A stretch of DNA of 64,000 nt from Mesotaenium endlicherianum. Its lineage: Eukaryota. The notes under the pieces were generated by a model. The model was given only the letters and a program-made list of their open reading frames with translations, searched no databases and had not been told where the DNA came from. Of this stretch, positions 1 to 12,965 are shown in pieces. Position numbers and translations under genes: made by a program. The stretch lies in NCBI GenBank assembly GCA_009602735.1, contig WELA01000805.1:469173-533172 (forward strand). The letters run 5' to 3'. Every line of letters begins with the position of its first letter. The stretch's first letter is position 1.

Positions 1-544
1 GAATCGAGACAGCTCCTGCTTCGTTCACCTGGGCTATTGCCTTGGCCTCTCCGATTGTATATCCTACCATTTGGGCGTAATCGTGGTAGAGGAGGAGCCC
101 TGTGCTGACCTCTATATACTTGTCAAAGTTTTTGGATGTCTCCCCTTCCTTCTGGAGGATTTCCTTCTGCGACCCACTGCGACTTCTCTGGGCATACTTG
201 AAGGCCTCCTCCAGTAGATCAAAGCCCTTGCCCAGCACCGTGTAGCGGTAGCTGCTGATTCTCCTCTGTTCTTCTTCTTCAGCCTGCTGCTTCCGCTTCT
301 CCTCAGCTTGCCTCTCCTCCTCTGCTTTCTTGGCCTCCTCTGCAGCTTTTCTGTCCATTTCTTCCTGCCTCAGTCTGGCCTGTTCCTCCTCCTCCTTCTT
401 CTTCTGTGCCTCCCGCTGTTGTTGGAGTCGTTGTGATTCCCGAGCGGAGATGGAAGATGATTCGATGTCTCCACGGAATTGCAAGTATTCTGCATGTGCC
501 TCTTCCGCCCTTCTCTTCCTCTTGAGTTCCGACTTTTGAGTCAT
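1..544 (-). CDS. Extra ORF (ORF3) downstream of pol in family A; charged coiled-coil-like N-terminus; runs off the window edge
   Basis: ATG at 544, MTQKSELKRKRRAEEAHAEYLQF...QQQREAQKKKEEEEQARLRQEE..., open to position 1. Same frame is conserved in the second copy (46255-45302). Confidence 0.6.
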   Translation of the reverse strand, partial: MTQKSELKRKRRAEEAHAEYLQFRGDIESSSISARESQRLQQQREAQKKKEEEEQARLRQEEMDRKAAEEAKKAEEERQAEEKRKQQAEEEEQRRISSYRYTVLGKGFDLLEEAFKYAQRSRSGSQKEILQKEGETSKNFDKYIEVSTGLLLYHDYAQMVGYTIGEAKAIAQVNEAGAVSI

Positions 545-868
545 CCTGCTCAATCATAAACACAATGCAGTTAGTGAAGTCATGATATTTTGCCGCTACT
601 GAGTGCCCTTGATGAAGAGGGACGCGATCGGGAGAGTTCCTAGAGTGGAATACCTGGTGTGAGCGAATATAAGGAAAAATTGAGTTGGAGAGCAAGTGAG
701 TGTGAGCGCAGGTTGAGTGTGTAATATGGTGATCAGAGAGTACCACTCCCTCCAACTTAAATTTAAAGGTGGGTTGCCTGTCACAACTGTCACTAACTGT
801 CACATCTCCCTCCAACTTATATGGAGACAGGACCTCCGGTTACCTTCCCGTGTCAACTGAAATGACTG

Positions 869-3800
869 TTAGGGAGGTGCCCCAGCCGCCCGAAGGTGGA
901 ACCGTTTCAACGCCCCTTTGGCATTGGTCAGCTGNNNNNNNNNNNNNNNNNNNNNNNNNNNNNNNNNNNNNNNNNNNNNNNNNNNNNNNNNNNNNNNNNN
1001 NNNNNNNNNNNNNNNNNNNNNNNNNNNNNNNNNNNNNNNNNNNNNNNNNNNNNNNNNNNNNNNNNNNNNNNNNNNNNNNNNNNNNNNNNNNNNNNNNNNN
1101 NNNNNNNNNNNNNNNNNNNNNNNNNNNNNNAACCGACCTGTGAACAGTGTATCACCTTTGATGTACGCTTCCAGGAAGGAGACATTAATGACCGGGTGAC
1201 CCTTGTAGTCAGTTGACATGTTCAGTTTGTAAGCATTCTGACCGACACGACGGACCACCGAATATGGACCGACCCAGACAGGGCCAAGCTTTTTCTTGAC
1301 CACACCAGGGAGGTACAGGTGCTAAGAATGCAGTTTGACTAAATCCCCCTTGGAAAATGTCAGTTCCCGACGGTGTTGATTAGCGTATTTTTGTTGGTTT
1401 TCTTGGGCCGTGTGCAAGTTTCGTTGGACTTCTGACAGGGTGTCAGCAAACTCCTGAGTTAACTGGAGGGAGACCGGGTTGTCAATCTCTTCAGGGTGAC
1501 TTAAAGATTCCCCTAGCACATCTAAAGGAGACTTAGGGACTCTACCCAGGCTGAGTTCAAAGGGAGTCTTGCCCGTTGACGCATGCACCGCACTGTTGAC
1601 CGCAAACTGAATTTGAGGCAACAGGTCATCCCAATTATCTTGTTTTTGGTTAATATATGCTCTCAGCACCTCCTGCAGAACTCGGTTAGTTCTTTCAGTC
1701 TGCCCATCAGTCTGAGGGTGGTTTGCTGTGCTGAGCAGCTGTTTGACTCCCATTAACCCCATTAAAGCTCTCCAGAACTTAGAGGTGAATTTTGAGTCTC
1801 TGTCTGAGATGATATTAGAAGGGAGCCCATGTTGGCATACTACATGGTTGTAAAACTGTCTCGCTGTTTCGAGTGCAGTCACTTTGACAGTTGTGGGGAT
1901 AAAAATGACCATTTTTGTCAGTTTATCCACGACTACCAGTATTGAATCATGCCCGTTGGCAGTTCTTGGTAGTGAGACCACCCAGTCCATGGATATAGTT
2001 TCCCAGCGTCCCGCTGGGATGGGTAGCGGTTGCAAGAGACCTCCGGGTGGTGTGTGCCGAGACTTATTTCTCTGACACTGGTCACAGGACTTGACATATT
2101 TCAAGACCTCCCGGGGTAACCCCTCCCAATGATAATGTTTTGCCAGTTTGCCAACAGTTTTGGCCTGCCCCAAATGTCCACCCAGGAGACTGTCATGAGC
2201 TTGACTCAGTAAGAGAGACCTTATTTCCAAATTATTAGGAATGACCAGCTTCAGCCTGCCTGAAGTGGTTTCAGTCACCCAGACCCCTCCCTTGAGCTTA
2301 TACCCGAGTGCAGTAGCACGACACACACCAGTAGTGGGGCTGGGCTCAAATGTTGGGTCAGAAAGGTAGGCTTTCCTAAGTTGTTCAAGGAAGGACTTTT
2401 TCACCTTTAGTGAAGTGAGTGCACACAGGACTTTATCTACAGCATGCTGACTAAAGTTCCTTTCTTGCAAGTCAGGTCTTCTAGAGAGTGCATCAGCAGG
2501 ATTCAACTTCCCTGGTTTGTAGTCGATCTGGACTTGGAACTGCTCCAGCATCTGGCTCCAGCGGTTCTCCCTCCTCGACAGCTTGGACTTCTTCTGAAAG
2601 TGGGTCAGAGCTAGATGATCTGTAATCACCTTAAAAGCTTTACCATGTAAGTATGCTCTCCACTGTTTGAGTACATGAATGATAGCTAGCAGCTCTTTAT
2701 CATGCACTGAGTAATTAATCTCCGCTGGATTAAATTTCATAGACTCATACAACACAGGATGCCACTCCTGCCGTACCTTACCATCCTTTGTGGTTTTGTC
2801 AGCAGGCTGCAACAAAATAGCACCCATGGCAAAGTCAGAGGCATCAGTAACCACCTGCACCGGTTTGCTGGGGTCATACACGGCTAGCACTGGGGCAGAA
2901 CAAAGGGCATCTTTAAGGGTCTGGAAGGCAGCCTGCTGCTCTTCCCCCCACACATACCCGATGTCTTTCTTAGTAAGGTCAGTCAGTTTACTGGCCTTTG
3001 TGGAATAATTCTCAATAAATCTCCTATAGTAGTTAGCCAACCCGAGGAAGGATCTAACTTCAGAGACAGACTGTGGTACTGGCCAGTCCCTTATGGTCTG
3101 GACTTTCTGAGGATCCACGCTGATGCCCGTTTTACTGACAATGTGGCCTAAGAATTCAATACTGTCTTTAAAGAAATCACACTTGCTCATTTTAGCATAT
3201 AAGTGATTCGTTCTTAGAGTGTCCAGGACTGTTCTTAAGTGTTCAGCGTGCTGAGCTTCATCTTTAGAGAAAATTAAAATATCATCCAGGAAAACTTGCA
3301 CAAACTTATCCAAATAAGGTCTGAAAATGTCATTCATAGCACCCATGAAGGTGGCAGGAGCATTAGTCAGTCCAAATGGCATCACGTTGAACTCATAGTG
3401 TCCATAACGTGTACGGAATGCAGTCTTGTGTTCATCCCCCTCAGCAATTCTGATTTGATGATAACCACTCTTGAGATCTATCTTACTGAACACCTTAGCA
3501 CCAGACAGGGTATCAAGCAAGTCCTCGATCCTGGGTAAAGCATACTTGTTCTTTACAGTAATTCTGTTCAGGGCTCTGTAATCCACACACATCCACATAC
3601 TGCCATCCTTTTTCTTAACAAATAGGATGGGTGCGCCGTAAGGTGATTTACTGGGAGAAATATAACCATTTTCCTCAAGCTCTGCAATCTGTGTTTTCAA
3701 CTCCTCGCTCTCCACATAAGAAAAGCCATACGTGCGTTGCCAAGGTGGCTGACTCCCAGGTAATAGATCAATCTTATGATCTACTTCCCTCTTAGGGGGT

Positions 3801-4231
3801 AAACCTGGAGGCATATTAAACACATCAGTGTACTGAGCAACATTTTTTGCAGCAGTAGGGTGCTCCGGAGGGCTTACCTTTTTCTCAATCACTTCTTCCG
3901 GTTGAGGAGGTACCTCTCTTAGCAGCAGACAGAACATTCTGTCTTCCTTCTGGTTCCAGCTTTTGACGAACTCCATTACATTCAGCAACTTGCATCCTTC
4001 TGGAAACCTCTTCTTTTCCTTCATTTGCCATCCACACAGGACAAGAGGAAGAGCACTGGTGGGTGACAAGTCAGTCTGCCCATCACTGGCTCCTCTCACT
4101 TAATTGTACCTCTGCTCCAACACACTTCAGCTTGAAGTCTATTAAGCCAGGACCTGCCTAGCACGAGATTATAAAAGCCAGTGTTGAGTACCTCAAATGT
4201 AAGCGTTTCAGTTAGAACTGCAATGCCAGAA
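869..4231 (-). pseudogene. pol: Family A pol (protease C-terminus, RT, RNase H, integrase) with in-frame stops
   Basis: RT motifs [27 protein letters not shown]; RNase H TDASD; integrase zinc finger (HDSLLGGH...CDQCQ), ISMDW, SDRD, QTER. Stops at about 4096 and 1322; the latter is CAG in the other copy. Confidence 0.92.
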
Positions 4232-4813
4232 NNNNNNNNNNNNNNNNNNNNNNNNNNNNNNNNNNNNNNNNNNNNNNNNNNNNNNNNNNNNNNNNNNNNN
4301 NNNNNNNNNNNNNNNNNNNNNNNNNNNNNNNNNNNNNNNNNNNNNNNNNNNNNNNNNNNNNNNNNNNNNNNNNNNNNNNNNNNNNNNNNNNNNNNNNNNN
4401 NNNNNNNNNNNNNNNNNNNNNNNNNNNNNNNNNNNNNNNNNNNNNNNNNNNNNNNNNNNNNNNNNNNNNNNNNNNNNNNNNNNNNNNNNNNNNNNNNNNN
4501 NNNNNNNNNNNNNNNNNNNNNNNNNNNNNNNNNNNNNNNNNNNNNNNNNNNNNNNNNNNNNNNNNNNNNNNNNNNNNNNNNNNNNNNNNNNNNNNNNNNN
4601 NNNNNNNNNNNNNNNNNNNNNNNNNNNNNNNNNNNNNNNNNNNNNNNNNNNNNNNNNNNNNNNNNNNNNNNNNNNNNNNNNNNNNNNNNNNNNNNNNNNN
4701 NNNNNNNNNNNNNNNNNNNNNNNNNNNNNNNNNNNNNNNNNNNNNNNNNNNNNNNNNNNNNNNNNNNNNNNNNNNNNNNNNNNNNNNNNNNNNNNNNNNN
4801 NNNNNNNNNNNNN

Positions 4814-5781
4814 GCAACTGAAGTGGTCTGCTTCAGTGTCAAGGAGATTATCGCATAGATAGCTTTCTCCTACTGGTTGATAACATCAAACTTCTCATGC
4901 AACTTCTCGACAAACTCTACCCACGTAGGGTCACCGAGTTGCCGAGCCTTACGCTCTTCCTTCCAGTAAAGCCACCAGTCTGCGGCACTGCCTTTCAGTA
5001 GCGCACCGGTGTGCCTGACCTTCTCGTAATCTTGCAGTTCTGGGTAGTTCTCCAGCCACTGCTCAACATCCGCGAGAAACTTGATCAGGTAATATTTTCT
5101 GTTTCCCTCAGGATCATAGTCCTGGGGAGGTTTCGGCTTGGGCTTACTAGGCCCTCGGCCACCACCACTAGTGGTGTGAGACCCCAGTTGGTCTCTGTCC
5201 CGGAGTAGGGACATTATGATTCTTTTGTCCTCCTGCTGGGACTGATACATGGTCGCCATTTGCGACTGCATCTGAACGAACAATGCTCCCAAGTCTACAT
5301 TTTGGGGTGGTAGATTAGCAAATGCAGCAGCAGCATTGGCATCTACTCGCTGAGTAGTGTCCTCAACAATCCCTCTTGCTCCTGCAGCAGCAATTCCTGC
5401 CGCATTCAGCCGGTCACGTATTTGACCTAGGGGTACATTGAGTTGTACGGCAGGAGGTGGGTTCAGAACATTGGCCCTTGATGCCATAAGTTCTTCAACA
5501 GTGCGCTCGTCAGCTGGCTGTCCTTCCCTCCTTTCTGTATCTTCAGCGGCCTTTGCTAATTGTTCAGCTTCTAGCCTGGCTATCTCCTCCTCAGCTTGCT
5601 GAGTTGCGACTGCGGCAATAGCAGTTGCCTCATCCGCAGCCTCCCTAGCTGCAGTATCTGCTACTGCTTCCGAATAGGTACGGTTTCCCGCTACATGGCT
5701 TTCCGCCTGGTTTTCGACATTCTCGTTATCCTGGTTCTCCATGTCTCGGGAGTTGCTAGTTTGAGACCTTGTCCTTACCAT
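4814..5781 (-). pseudogene. gag: Family A gag (N-terminal part; premature TAG at 4870; remainder in gap)
   Basis: Starts just after the PBS; retrotransposon gag-like LKGSAADWW...TWVEFVEKL; continues past the stop as EKAIYAIISLTLKQTTSV. Confidence 0.85.
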
Positions 5782-5802
5782 ACAAAGAAGACTGTGATAA
5801 CT

Positions 5803-5814
5803 GCTCCAATACCA
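5803..5814 (-). promoter_or_regulatory. Primer binding site (tRNA-iMet type), family A
   Basis: Minus strand TGGTATTGGAGC, 1 nt after the LTR end (...TTTCA). Confidence 0.8.
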
Positions 5815-5815
5815 C

Positions 5816-6536
5816 TGAAATGAATCGACTTACCAAATAGGCGATTAACAATTAATAAAGATCTTTATATCAGCAAGTAATCTTTATGGTATTTTCCGTT
5901 AACTGTTTTAACGGCAAAGGACAGCACACCAACAGTGAATAATACTCATCAGTCAAATGAGAGTAAACTAGCATCAATAATGCAAATCAGTAAACTCATA
6001 CATAAGCAAGGTTAGAAGACAGTGCGTATCAATGGCTTCTCGCCTTGGATTCAGATCTCTCTCAGTAAGCTGTACAGGAGAGTTGGCCTCGTTTCCGAAT
6101 GCCGAACTCGAGAGCAATGCCTAGCATATGTACATGGAATGAGTTTACTGTTCAACGGTCAGTGCGATGGCACCGCCTACCCGGGAGTTAACCACGTTGG
6201 TAGGACCTCGGTTAACCAAATCCACCGCCATCTCCCATCATCCCGAATCGCCATCCATCATAGGGATGTCATCTGGCCATTCATCTAGCATACCACACTT
6301 AGATGCATATCGAGGCAGTTCGCTGCTACCGAGTACGGAAGTCAGCTGGCTGTCAAAGAATGTGTCAGCAAGCTGACTTAAGGTCACCTCAGCCTGGTAC
6401 TTCTGGCCAAGTCATTAAACTGATATTAAGTATAAAGTCCAGCAGACTGATTGTTAACTAGAGTTCAGCAGGCTGAATTTATTTAACTATATTATTTAAA
6501 TGAATATTATATCAACCAGTATACTGATTCATTACA
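5816..6536 (-). repeat. 5' LTR of family A element
   Basis: Termini TGAAATGAATC...GATTCATTACA form an imperfect inverted repeat; homologous to 62649-63092. Confidence 0.88.
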
Positions 6537-6573
6537 CTCTGGTAACCGCAAGGATATCCAGAAGTATGAAGCT

Positions 6574-7110
6574 ATGAGTGCAGAAATCGCTGAGTTGAAA
6601 GCACAGTTTGCAAAACTAAATGCGCCCAATGTCTACTATGATGCAGATGTTGCAAAAAAGACCGTCTGCAAAGGCGAGAAGCAGCTGCCTGAAAAGGCTG
6701 TGGATGCAACGGCTGCCGAGCAAGCAGATCACAACCGTCTGGTGCCAAGGAATGCTGGGAAGCTTCCTCAGACTTTCCGGATCACTCTGGATGAAAACGA
6801 GATCTCGCAGCTACGACAAACCAGGCCCGGGTCGCGCAAGACATTCAATTTTTCACTGGAGAAGCTGAAGGCTCTGGTGGAACACCGGATCCAGCATGCT
6901 TCTTTGCTTTCTCTCGCTGATTTGCACATCATCTACCCATTCACGGTTTAAGAGGCCGGACATCAGCTGGATATAGCTGAGGAAGGTGCAAATAGCGCCT
7001 CATTGCCCACCAATTTTAGCACCGTGAGAGTGCAAAATAAGGATGGTGCATAAATCTTCAACAAATGGGCAGCTCCCAACATTCTGTTGGATACAGGCGC
7101 ACAGCCAGTC
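6574..7110 (+). pseudogene. Element B late gag-like region and N-terminal half of the aspartic protease
   Basis: Frame of ORF 6574 continues through stops to ILLDTGAQPV (7081-7110), the retropepsin DTG active site. Confidence 0.75.
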
Positions 7111-7875
7111 TGAAAGGGGCAAAGTGCCCTAGTGGAAGCGTAGTGACTCACGAGGAAAAGAACTAGTTGCAATCATACTAAAGAGTGCAGCGGCATATCA
7201 CTAAGAAAGCTTAGGAAAATTACTCAACATTTTGAGTAGCAAGAAACTGCTCACAAATGATATAGGATGAAAGACCTTGTCATTACAAACCCGTAGAAAT
7301 TTACAGAAGTGAAAACTGATATGAAACAAAGAAGTTATGCCTATTTATAATTTTCTGCCTAAATGCTCCTCTCTAGGAGGAAGCTACGGATTTTCCTAAG
7401 TGTTCGTCAAATCGTCCCTTCCAGAATATTCGTGAGTAAGCCAGATCAGTCTAATCTGACGTGTCGGGCCGCATTGACGTCCACATACATGCATCGACAT
7501 TACTAGAATATTCTATCTTAGACGCGCTAGGCTAAACCGAAACTTCTAGGTAAATCGACCTAGTCGGCACTCCACGTCAGCCGAACTTACGTGAAGGTTC
7601 GAGTTTATTCCAACGGGCCAGATCGNTATTCCAACAGGCCAGATCGCTCGACGCTGTCGGTTAATCCGACGCGCGCGCTCACCGCGAATTAAGGACAGTC
7701 GTCAACCGACCTCAAAACCAATTAAACTTCAGAAATTCGTAATTCTCTCAATACTTGACCAAATTCGATGAATTTTATATCAAAATGACCACAAAAATGC
7801 ACTCTACACTACTAGACAGTCAAAACATACTTTCATGAACCCCAAAAATGCACTTTATAAACCTATGACCTTACA
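7111..7875 (-). repeat. 3' LTR of element C
   Basis: TGAAAGG...CCTTACA; direct repeat of 12966-13703; includes a short duplication around the single n at 7626. Confidence 0.93.
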
Positions 7876-7889
7876 TCATCCCCCTCCTC

Positions 7890-9440
7890 AAGATGCGACG
7901 TCCTCGACGCATTCTGCAAATAACGTCTCAACTTACTCTTACAATGAGTCAAGTTGGCCTCTGGCTCCCAAGTGTTGTCGTCCGCATGGTAGCCCTTCCA
8001 CTTGACCAGATACTCTTGAACAAGTCGTTGACCTCGCTTGACTCGTCAATCGCCGACAATCGCCTCCACTTCATACTCCAATACATCATCGATCTCGACC
8101 GGTGGTGGCGGTGTAGGTAGTCGTCCTGGATGTCCTTCATTCGGGTCAACGTATGGCCGCAGACAACTGACATGGAACATATCATGGATACGCCAGCCTG
8201 AAGGAAGTTCCAACTTGTAGGTCACTGCATTCACCTGCTTGAGCACCGAAAATGGACCTGTAAATCGTGCCCGCAGGTTCCTCTTTCCTGTGAAAGGTAG
8301 GCTTTTTGTTGACAAGAGTACTTTGTTGCCCATATGGAATGCCACTTCCCTCCGATGCTTGTTGGCATGCTTGACCTGCTCTTCTTGTGCCTTCCGTATA
8401 GATGTCTTAGCCATGTCCCAAGTCTTGGCCATCTGCTCCATAAACGCTTGTGTAGTAGGAACCTGAGTCTCCTTGGCCTTCTCCAACAAGATGTTCCTTG
8501 GATGATATACTTCTCTTCCATAAACCATGGTGAGTGGTGACTGCTTGGTCGATCCTTGCATGCTGTTGTTGTAGGCAAACTCCAACCCTGGTAGCTTCTT
8601 GTCCCACTCTGAAGGGTCTTCCATAGTGAAACTCCTGAGCACCTCTTGCAGAGTTCTGTTGAGTCTCTCACTCTGCCCGTCTGTCTGAGGGTGATAGGAA
8701 GTACTCATACTCAGCTTGGTCCCCATCAAAGTAAACAATGATCGCCAAACGTTGCTAGTAAACCTTGGGTCCCGATCTGAAACAATCACCTTTGGCAACC
8801 CATGTAGCCTAAAAATATGATCAAAGAACAGCCGTGCCACATCTGCTGCCGTACAAGTCTTCTTCATGGGAATGAAGTGTGCCATCTTGCTGAGCCGATC
8901 ATACACAACCCAAACTGCATCGTGCCCTTGACCACTCATTGGTAACGACGTCATGAAGTCCATAGCAATCTGCTCCCAAGGATACTCTGGAATAGGTAGG
9001 GGCTGCAATGTACCTCCCTTCTTTTGATTTGGTGTCTTGTTACGCTGGCACGCATCACAAATCCTGATCCACTCCTCGATGTCCTTGTCCATATTTCTCC
9101 AATAGTACTCTCGCTTCAGCACGCTTGCCGTCTTCTCGCTTCCAAAGTGTCCAGCATATAAGCAACCATGATGCTCTGCAAGTAGTAAGTCTCGTTACTC
9201 CTTGATGTCTGGAATCACTACTCTCTTGGAATCACCATAATACCATATGCCGTCCTCCTTCTGCATTCTTGAGTTGGACTCAGCTGCTCCACCATCAGCA
9301 AACTCTGGGTCCTCCTCATAACCTCTCTGAAGCTTCTCCTTGATGTCCATATTCTCCTTGATGACTGAAACAGCTGCAAGGTCACACCTTCTGGATAAGG
9401 CATCTGCAGGGTTGATCTTCCCAGGTAAATACTCAATCTC
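7890..9440 (-). pseudogene. pol: Element C integrase plus chromodomain (stops at about 9195 and 8046)
   Basis: CDACQ, IAMDF, SDRDPRF, QSER; after the TGA at 8046 the frame reads QEYLVKWKGYHADDNTWEPEANL (chromodomain). Confidence 0.9.
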
Positions 9441-10177
9441 CAGGTTACGCCGTACGCCGTACTGGCCGACCTTCGTACGCTTAATTAAGCGTACTGAGTC
9501 GATACGCACGTATTAAGCGTACGTACCCTTTTAGACACGTGCGGACTGGGCCTTGACGCCGTCCGACGCCCGTTTAGTCCGCAAGTTAAGCTTTTTATTT
9601 TCGAAGTTTCAGGTTGCCTCCGTGCGACGGGGCTTAAAATTATGAATCGACAAACTTTCGGCAGCAAGGGCAGGATCTTCAGTGTCGACGCGTTTTGCTT
9701 GCTTTGGCAAACGAGAACTCATCTACCACTGCTTGCTACCAGTTGGTGAGAGTTTGTATAACTTGCCCATAATCTAATAGTCGAGACGGGACAGGCTACT
9801 TCTGGCATTGTATGCTTGTCTCTTGAAAACGAGCGACAATTCTTTACGAGCAATGTTGGGGGGGTGGAACTTGGTGCCAAGTAACGACATTATACGCGGT
9901 TGGCGCTTGGAAAGGTTCGAAGTTCGAATGTCTCTCGCGCCGATAGGCTTTGCTACGGTTGCCGACAGGGGTTAGAAACGGCTATTGTGGTAAGGCTCGA
10001 GAAAGGGAAGGCCAGGTCACATGCAACTGAGGGGCGGGACCCACTCCTTGTCCGTTCTCTGACCCTGTCAGACATGGCACTACTCTTGTCTCACGGAGTG
10101 AGCATCCCTTCTGAGGTCACGATTGAGTGTCAAACGAATAGTTCTCTGATGTGAGGAGTACAAGTTAACGTATTTTG
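9441..10177 (+). mobile_element. Truncated single end of a hAT-related DNA transposon
   Basis: Begins CAGGTTACGCCGTACGCCGTACTGGCCGACCTTCGTACGCTTAATTAAGCGTACT, nearly matching the left end of the hAT at 38913. Internal sequence then diverges and no second TIR is visible. Confidence 0.75.
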
Positions 10178-11981
10178 AAGGAAGTTCTGGACTGGCGATT
10201 GCCAATACAGGTGCCTGTGTCAACAGCTCGTTAATCTTCTCAAAAGCTTGCTGCTCCTTGTCACCCCATAGCCACTTCTCCTGCTTCTTCAACATGTCCG
10301 TGAGCGGTGCACACACCTTGGCAAATCCTTCAATGAAACGTCGATAATAATTCGCTATGCCGAGGACACTGCTGAGTTGATGAATATCAGCAGGTAGCGG
10401 CCAATCTCTGACTGCTTGCACCTTCTTCTGCTCCACCTTGACTCCTCCAGCCCCCACTATGTGTCCATGAAACTCGACTTCCTTGAGACAGAAGTCGCAC
10501 TTGCTCATCTTCCTATACAGCTTTTGATCACTTAAGACCTCCAACACCTTCCTCAGATGCTCTACATGCTCTTCCAAGGTCTTCGAATAGATCAGGATAT
10601 CGTCCAAAAATACCACCACAAACTGGTCCAAATAGGGTCTGAAGATACTATTCATGAGTCCCATAAATGTAGCAGGTGCATTAGTCAATCCAAAAGGTGT
10701 GACTGTGAACTCGAACAAACCATAGCGAGTTCTGAAAGCAGTCTTCTGAACGTCTCCTTCCGCAATCCGTACCTGGTGATAGCCACTCCTCAAATCGATC
10801 TTCGAGAAATACTTCGCCCCGACAAGCCTGTCAATCAACTCGTCCACTCGTGGAAGTGGGTACCTGTTCTTGATGGTGACCTTGTTGAGTGCCCGGTAGT
10901 TGACACACATCCTCATAGTCCCATCCTTCTTCTTCACAAATAAGACTGGCGCTGCAAATGGAGACTCGCTGGGTCGGATGAATCCCTTCTCCAATAACTC
11001 CGTCAGTTGCTTCTTTAACTCATCCAACTCCGCAAACGATTGTCGATAGGCGGGTCTCACTGGTGGCTTGCTCCCTGGTTCCAACTCAATCTTGTGCTCC
11101 ATAGCTCTCTGTGGAGGTAATCCTGCAGGTAGCTCCTCAGGAAATACGCACTTGAACTCCTCCAACAGCGCCTTAATTTGGGCAGGCATCTCAGCAGGCT
11201 TCTTCTCTTGAGCAGTTGGGCTCTGCTCCTTCTGAGCAAGGGGATCAGACACCACTACTTGCTCCTCCGGCGATGTACATTCGCCCAGGCTGTTAGGATT
11301 CACGCTTGCTCCATCTGATGACCTGGCCAGGGCCACCGAAACAAGGTACATCTCCTTCACCTGATTCGCCCTGCATAGCTTCTTAACTTGCAGGCTCGAC
11401 AGAAGACAGTTACTTGTGGTCGTATCTACCTCCACCTGTTTCGCTGTCTCCATTCGACCATCACGCCCTTGGACTTTCACTTGTCCTGTGCTCCAGTGCA
11501 CTTGAGGGTTGGCTTTCCTTAGCCATGGTCGGCCCAATATCACCTCATGGTGACCCAACTCTGCCTGCTCCATAACTTCCTTACTCCGGTGCCCCGCTAC
11601 TTCCACGTGAATAGCTTCCGTAGGTGCACCACACTTGAGTCTCTGCCCATTTGCCAAAATTGCCTCCTTAGGCTCATAATGCTTCTGCACAGGGACTCGC
11701 CACTCTTTCACCAGCTTCTTGTGCACAAAGTTTGCACTTGCGCCACTGTCGACCATACACTTCGCATTGTTGCCGTCGACCACTCCTTCCACGATGATAG
11801 GCTTGTCAACGTCTCGTCCTTTGCTTCTCGGCAGGCTCCTGGGGATAACCTCCTTGTGAGTTCTCGTCTTCACGCCAGTAGACACCCCAGAACGACTTAC
11901 TGGCGTCCTCCTTTTTCCTGCTGTTGAGGTTGCTTCGCCTTCACATGACAGTCTCGAGCCAGATGTCCAAGCTTGCCGCAA
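10178..11981 (-). pseudogene. pol: Element C pol N-terminal part (protease and RT), truncated before RNase H
   Basis: MVDSGAS protease site; [20 protein letters not shown]; retroelement similarity ends at [12 protein letters not shown]. Confidence 0.92.
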
Positions 11982-12928
11982 CTATAGCACGGTCCTCTCG
12001 GCTTGAAATTCTGCTGCCTGCGCTGGTACTGCACAAGTCCCAACTCCATGGGTACTGGACCTTGAACACTCGTGCTTGGCGCTTGAGATCCAAAGTGTCG
12101 ATATCCTCCAAAGTTGTGGCTGCCCCACTGCCTCTGACTATACTCCACAGCGTCGACCCTTGTTGCCAATGCCATCATTTCTCCAAGACTGGTAGGGTCC
12201 TTGAGCGCCACTTCCTTGGCCACAGTTGGCTTGAGTCCCCTCTTGAACTTGTCCATCATCTCCGACTCGTGCATGGATGGACATTGAAGCACCAGCTCGT
12301 TGAAGCGCGATACATACTCCTGAACGCTTCCTCGCTGACGAAGGCGCACCAATAGATCTCGAGCGGTAGCCTCGGGTGCAATAGGTTGAAATTGCCTCTT
12401 CAAGCCTTCAAATAGCTGATCAACAGTAGCAGGAACTCCAGACAGCTGCTCTTCTCGTTCATACCAAGCTCCAGCACTCTTCTGCAGCAAAGTTATGACA
12501 AAGGCGACTTGCCTGTCGGGCGTGAGCGCAGAATACTCCATAAACTTCTTCACTCCAAAAATCCATTGATGAACAGGCGGCGATCCACGCTCTCCAGTAT
12601 AAACTTCAGGCTTAGGTGCACGCACTCCTGATGCGGGTGGAATAACTGGTTGCACCACTGGGTTAACATGAATCGGTGGTACAACAGGTGCAGGTGCCGA
12701 ACTCGTCGAAGCGGCGTTCCCCATAACAACTCGCACCATTCTCTCCACCTCCGCGCGCATATTTTGTTGAAACTGGGTGTAGACTTCTCCTCCAATTGCA
12801 TTTGCCATTTGCCTTAGCATCGTCTGCATCTCTTGTTGCTCTCTGGTCATTGTTGGTGCTGCCTGCTGCCCCGCGCGCTCAACATGCTCGACATGTTCGT
12901 CTCCTCCAGCTGCCGGATGCGACTCCAT
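11897..12928 (-). CDS. gag: Element C gag with CCHC zinc knuckle
   Basis: 343-aa ORF after the [35 protein letters not shown]; overlaps pol in the -1 frame. Confidence 0.92.
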   Translation of the reverse strand: MESHPAAGGDEHVEHVERAGQQAAPTMTREQQEMQTMLRQMANAIGGEVYTQFQQNMRAEVERMVRVVMGNAASTSSAPAPVVPPIHVNPVVQPVIPPASGVRAPKPEVYTGERGSPPVHQWIFGVKKFMEYSALTPDRQVAFVITLLQKSAGAWYEREEQLSGVPATVDQLFEGLKRQFQPIAPEATARDLLVRLRQRGSVQEYVSRFNELVLQCPSMHESEMMDKFKRGLKPTVAKEVALKDPTSLGEMMALATRVDAVEYSQRQWGSHNFGGYRHFGSQAPSTSVQGPVPMELGLVQYQRRQQNFKPRGPCYSCGKLGHLARDCHVKAKQPQQQEKGGRQ

Positions 12929-12965
12929 AATATAATATGCAAACTAGCCCTGCTCCGATACCAGA

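Larger units (their letters stand above)
1..6536 (-). mobile_element. Ty3/gypsy chromovirus-type LTR retrotransposon, family A (3' end outside the window; assembly gaps at 935-1130 and 4232-4813)
   Basis: Minus-strand order: 5' LTR 5816-6536, PBS, gag, PR-RT-RNaseH-IN, extra 3' ORF. The homologous copy at 45302-63092 supplies the chromodomain hidden by the gap. Confidence 0.93.

Noticed and set aside
303..815. 170-aa ORF (and its twin at 46014-46526) as the family A accessory gene
   Set aside because: It overlaps the longer, more protein-like ORF3 in another frame and has a non-ATG start; likely a shadow frame.
7605..7646. Short duplication making C's two LTRs unequal
   Set aside because: It is centred on an ambiguous n, so it is likely a contig-overlap artefact.
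11905..11925. Canonical slippery heptamer for element C
   Set aside because: pol is in the -1 frame, but the best candidate (G_GAA_AAA) is non-canonical, so it was not annotated.
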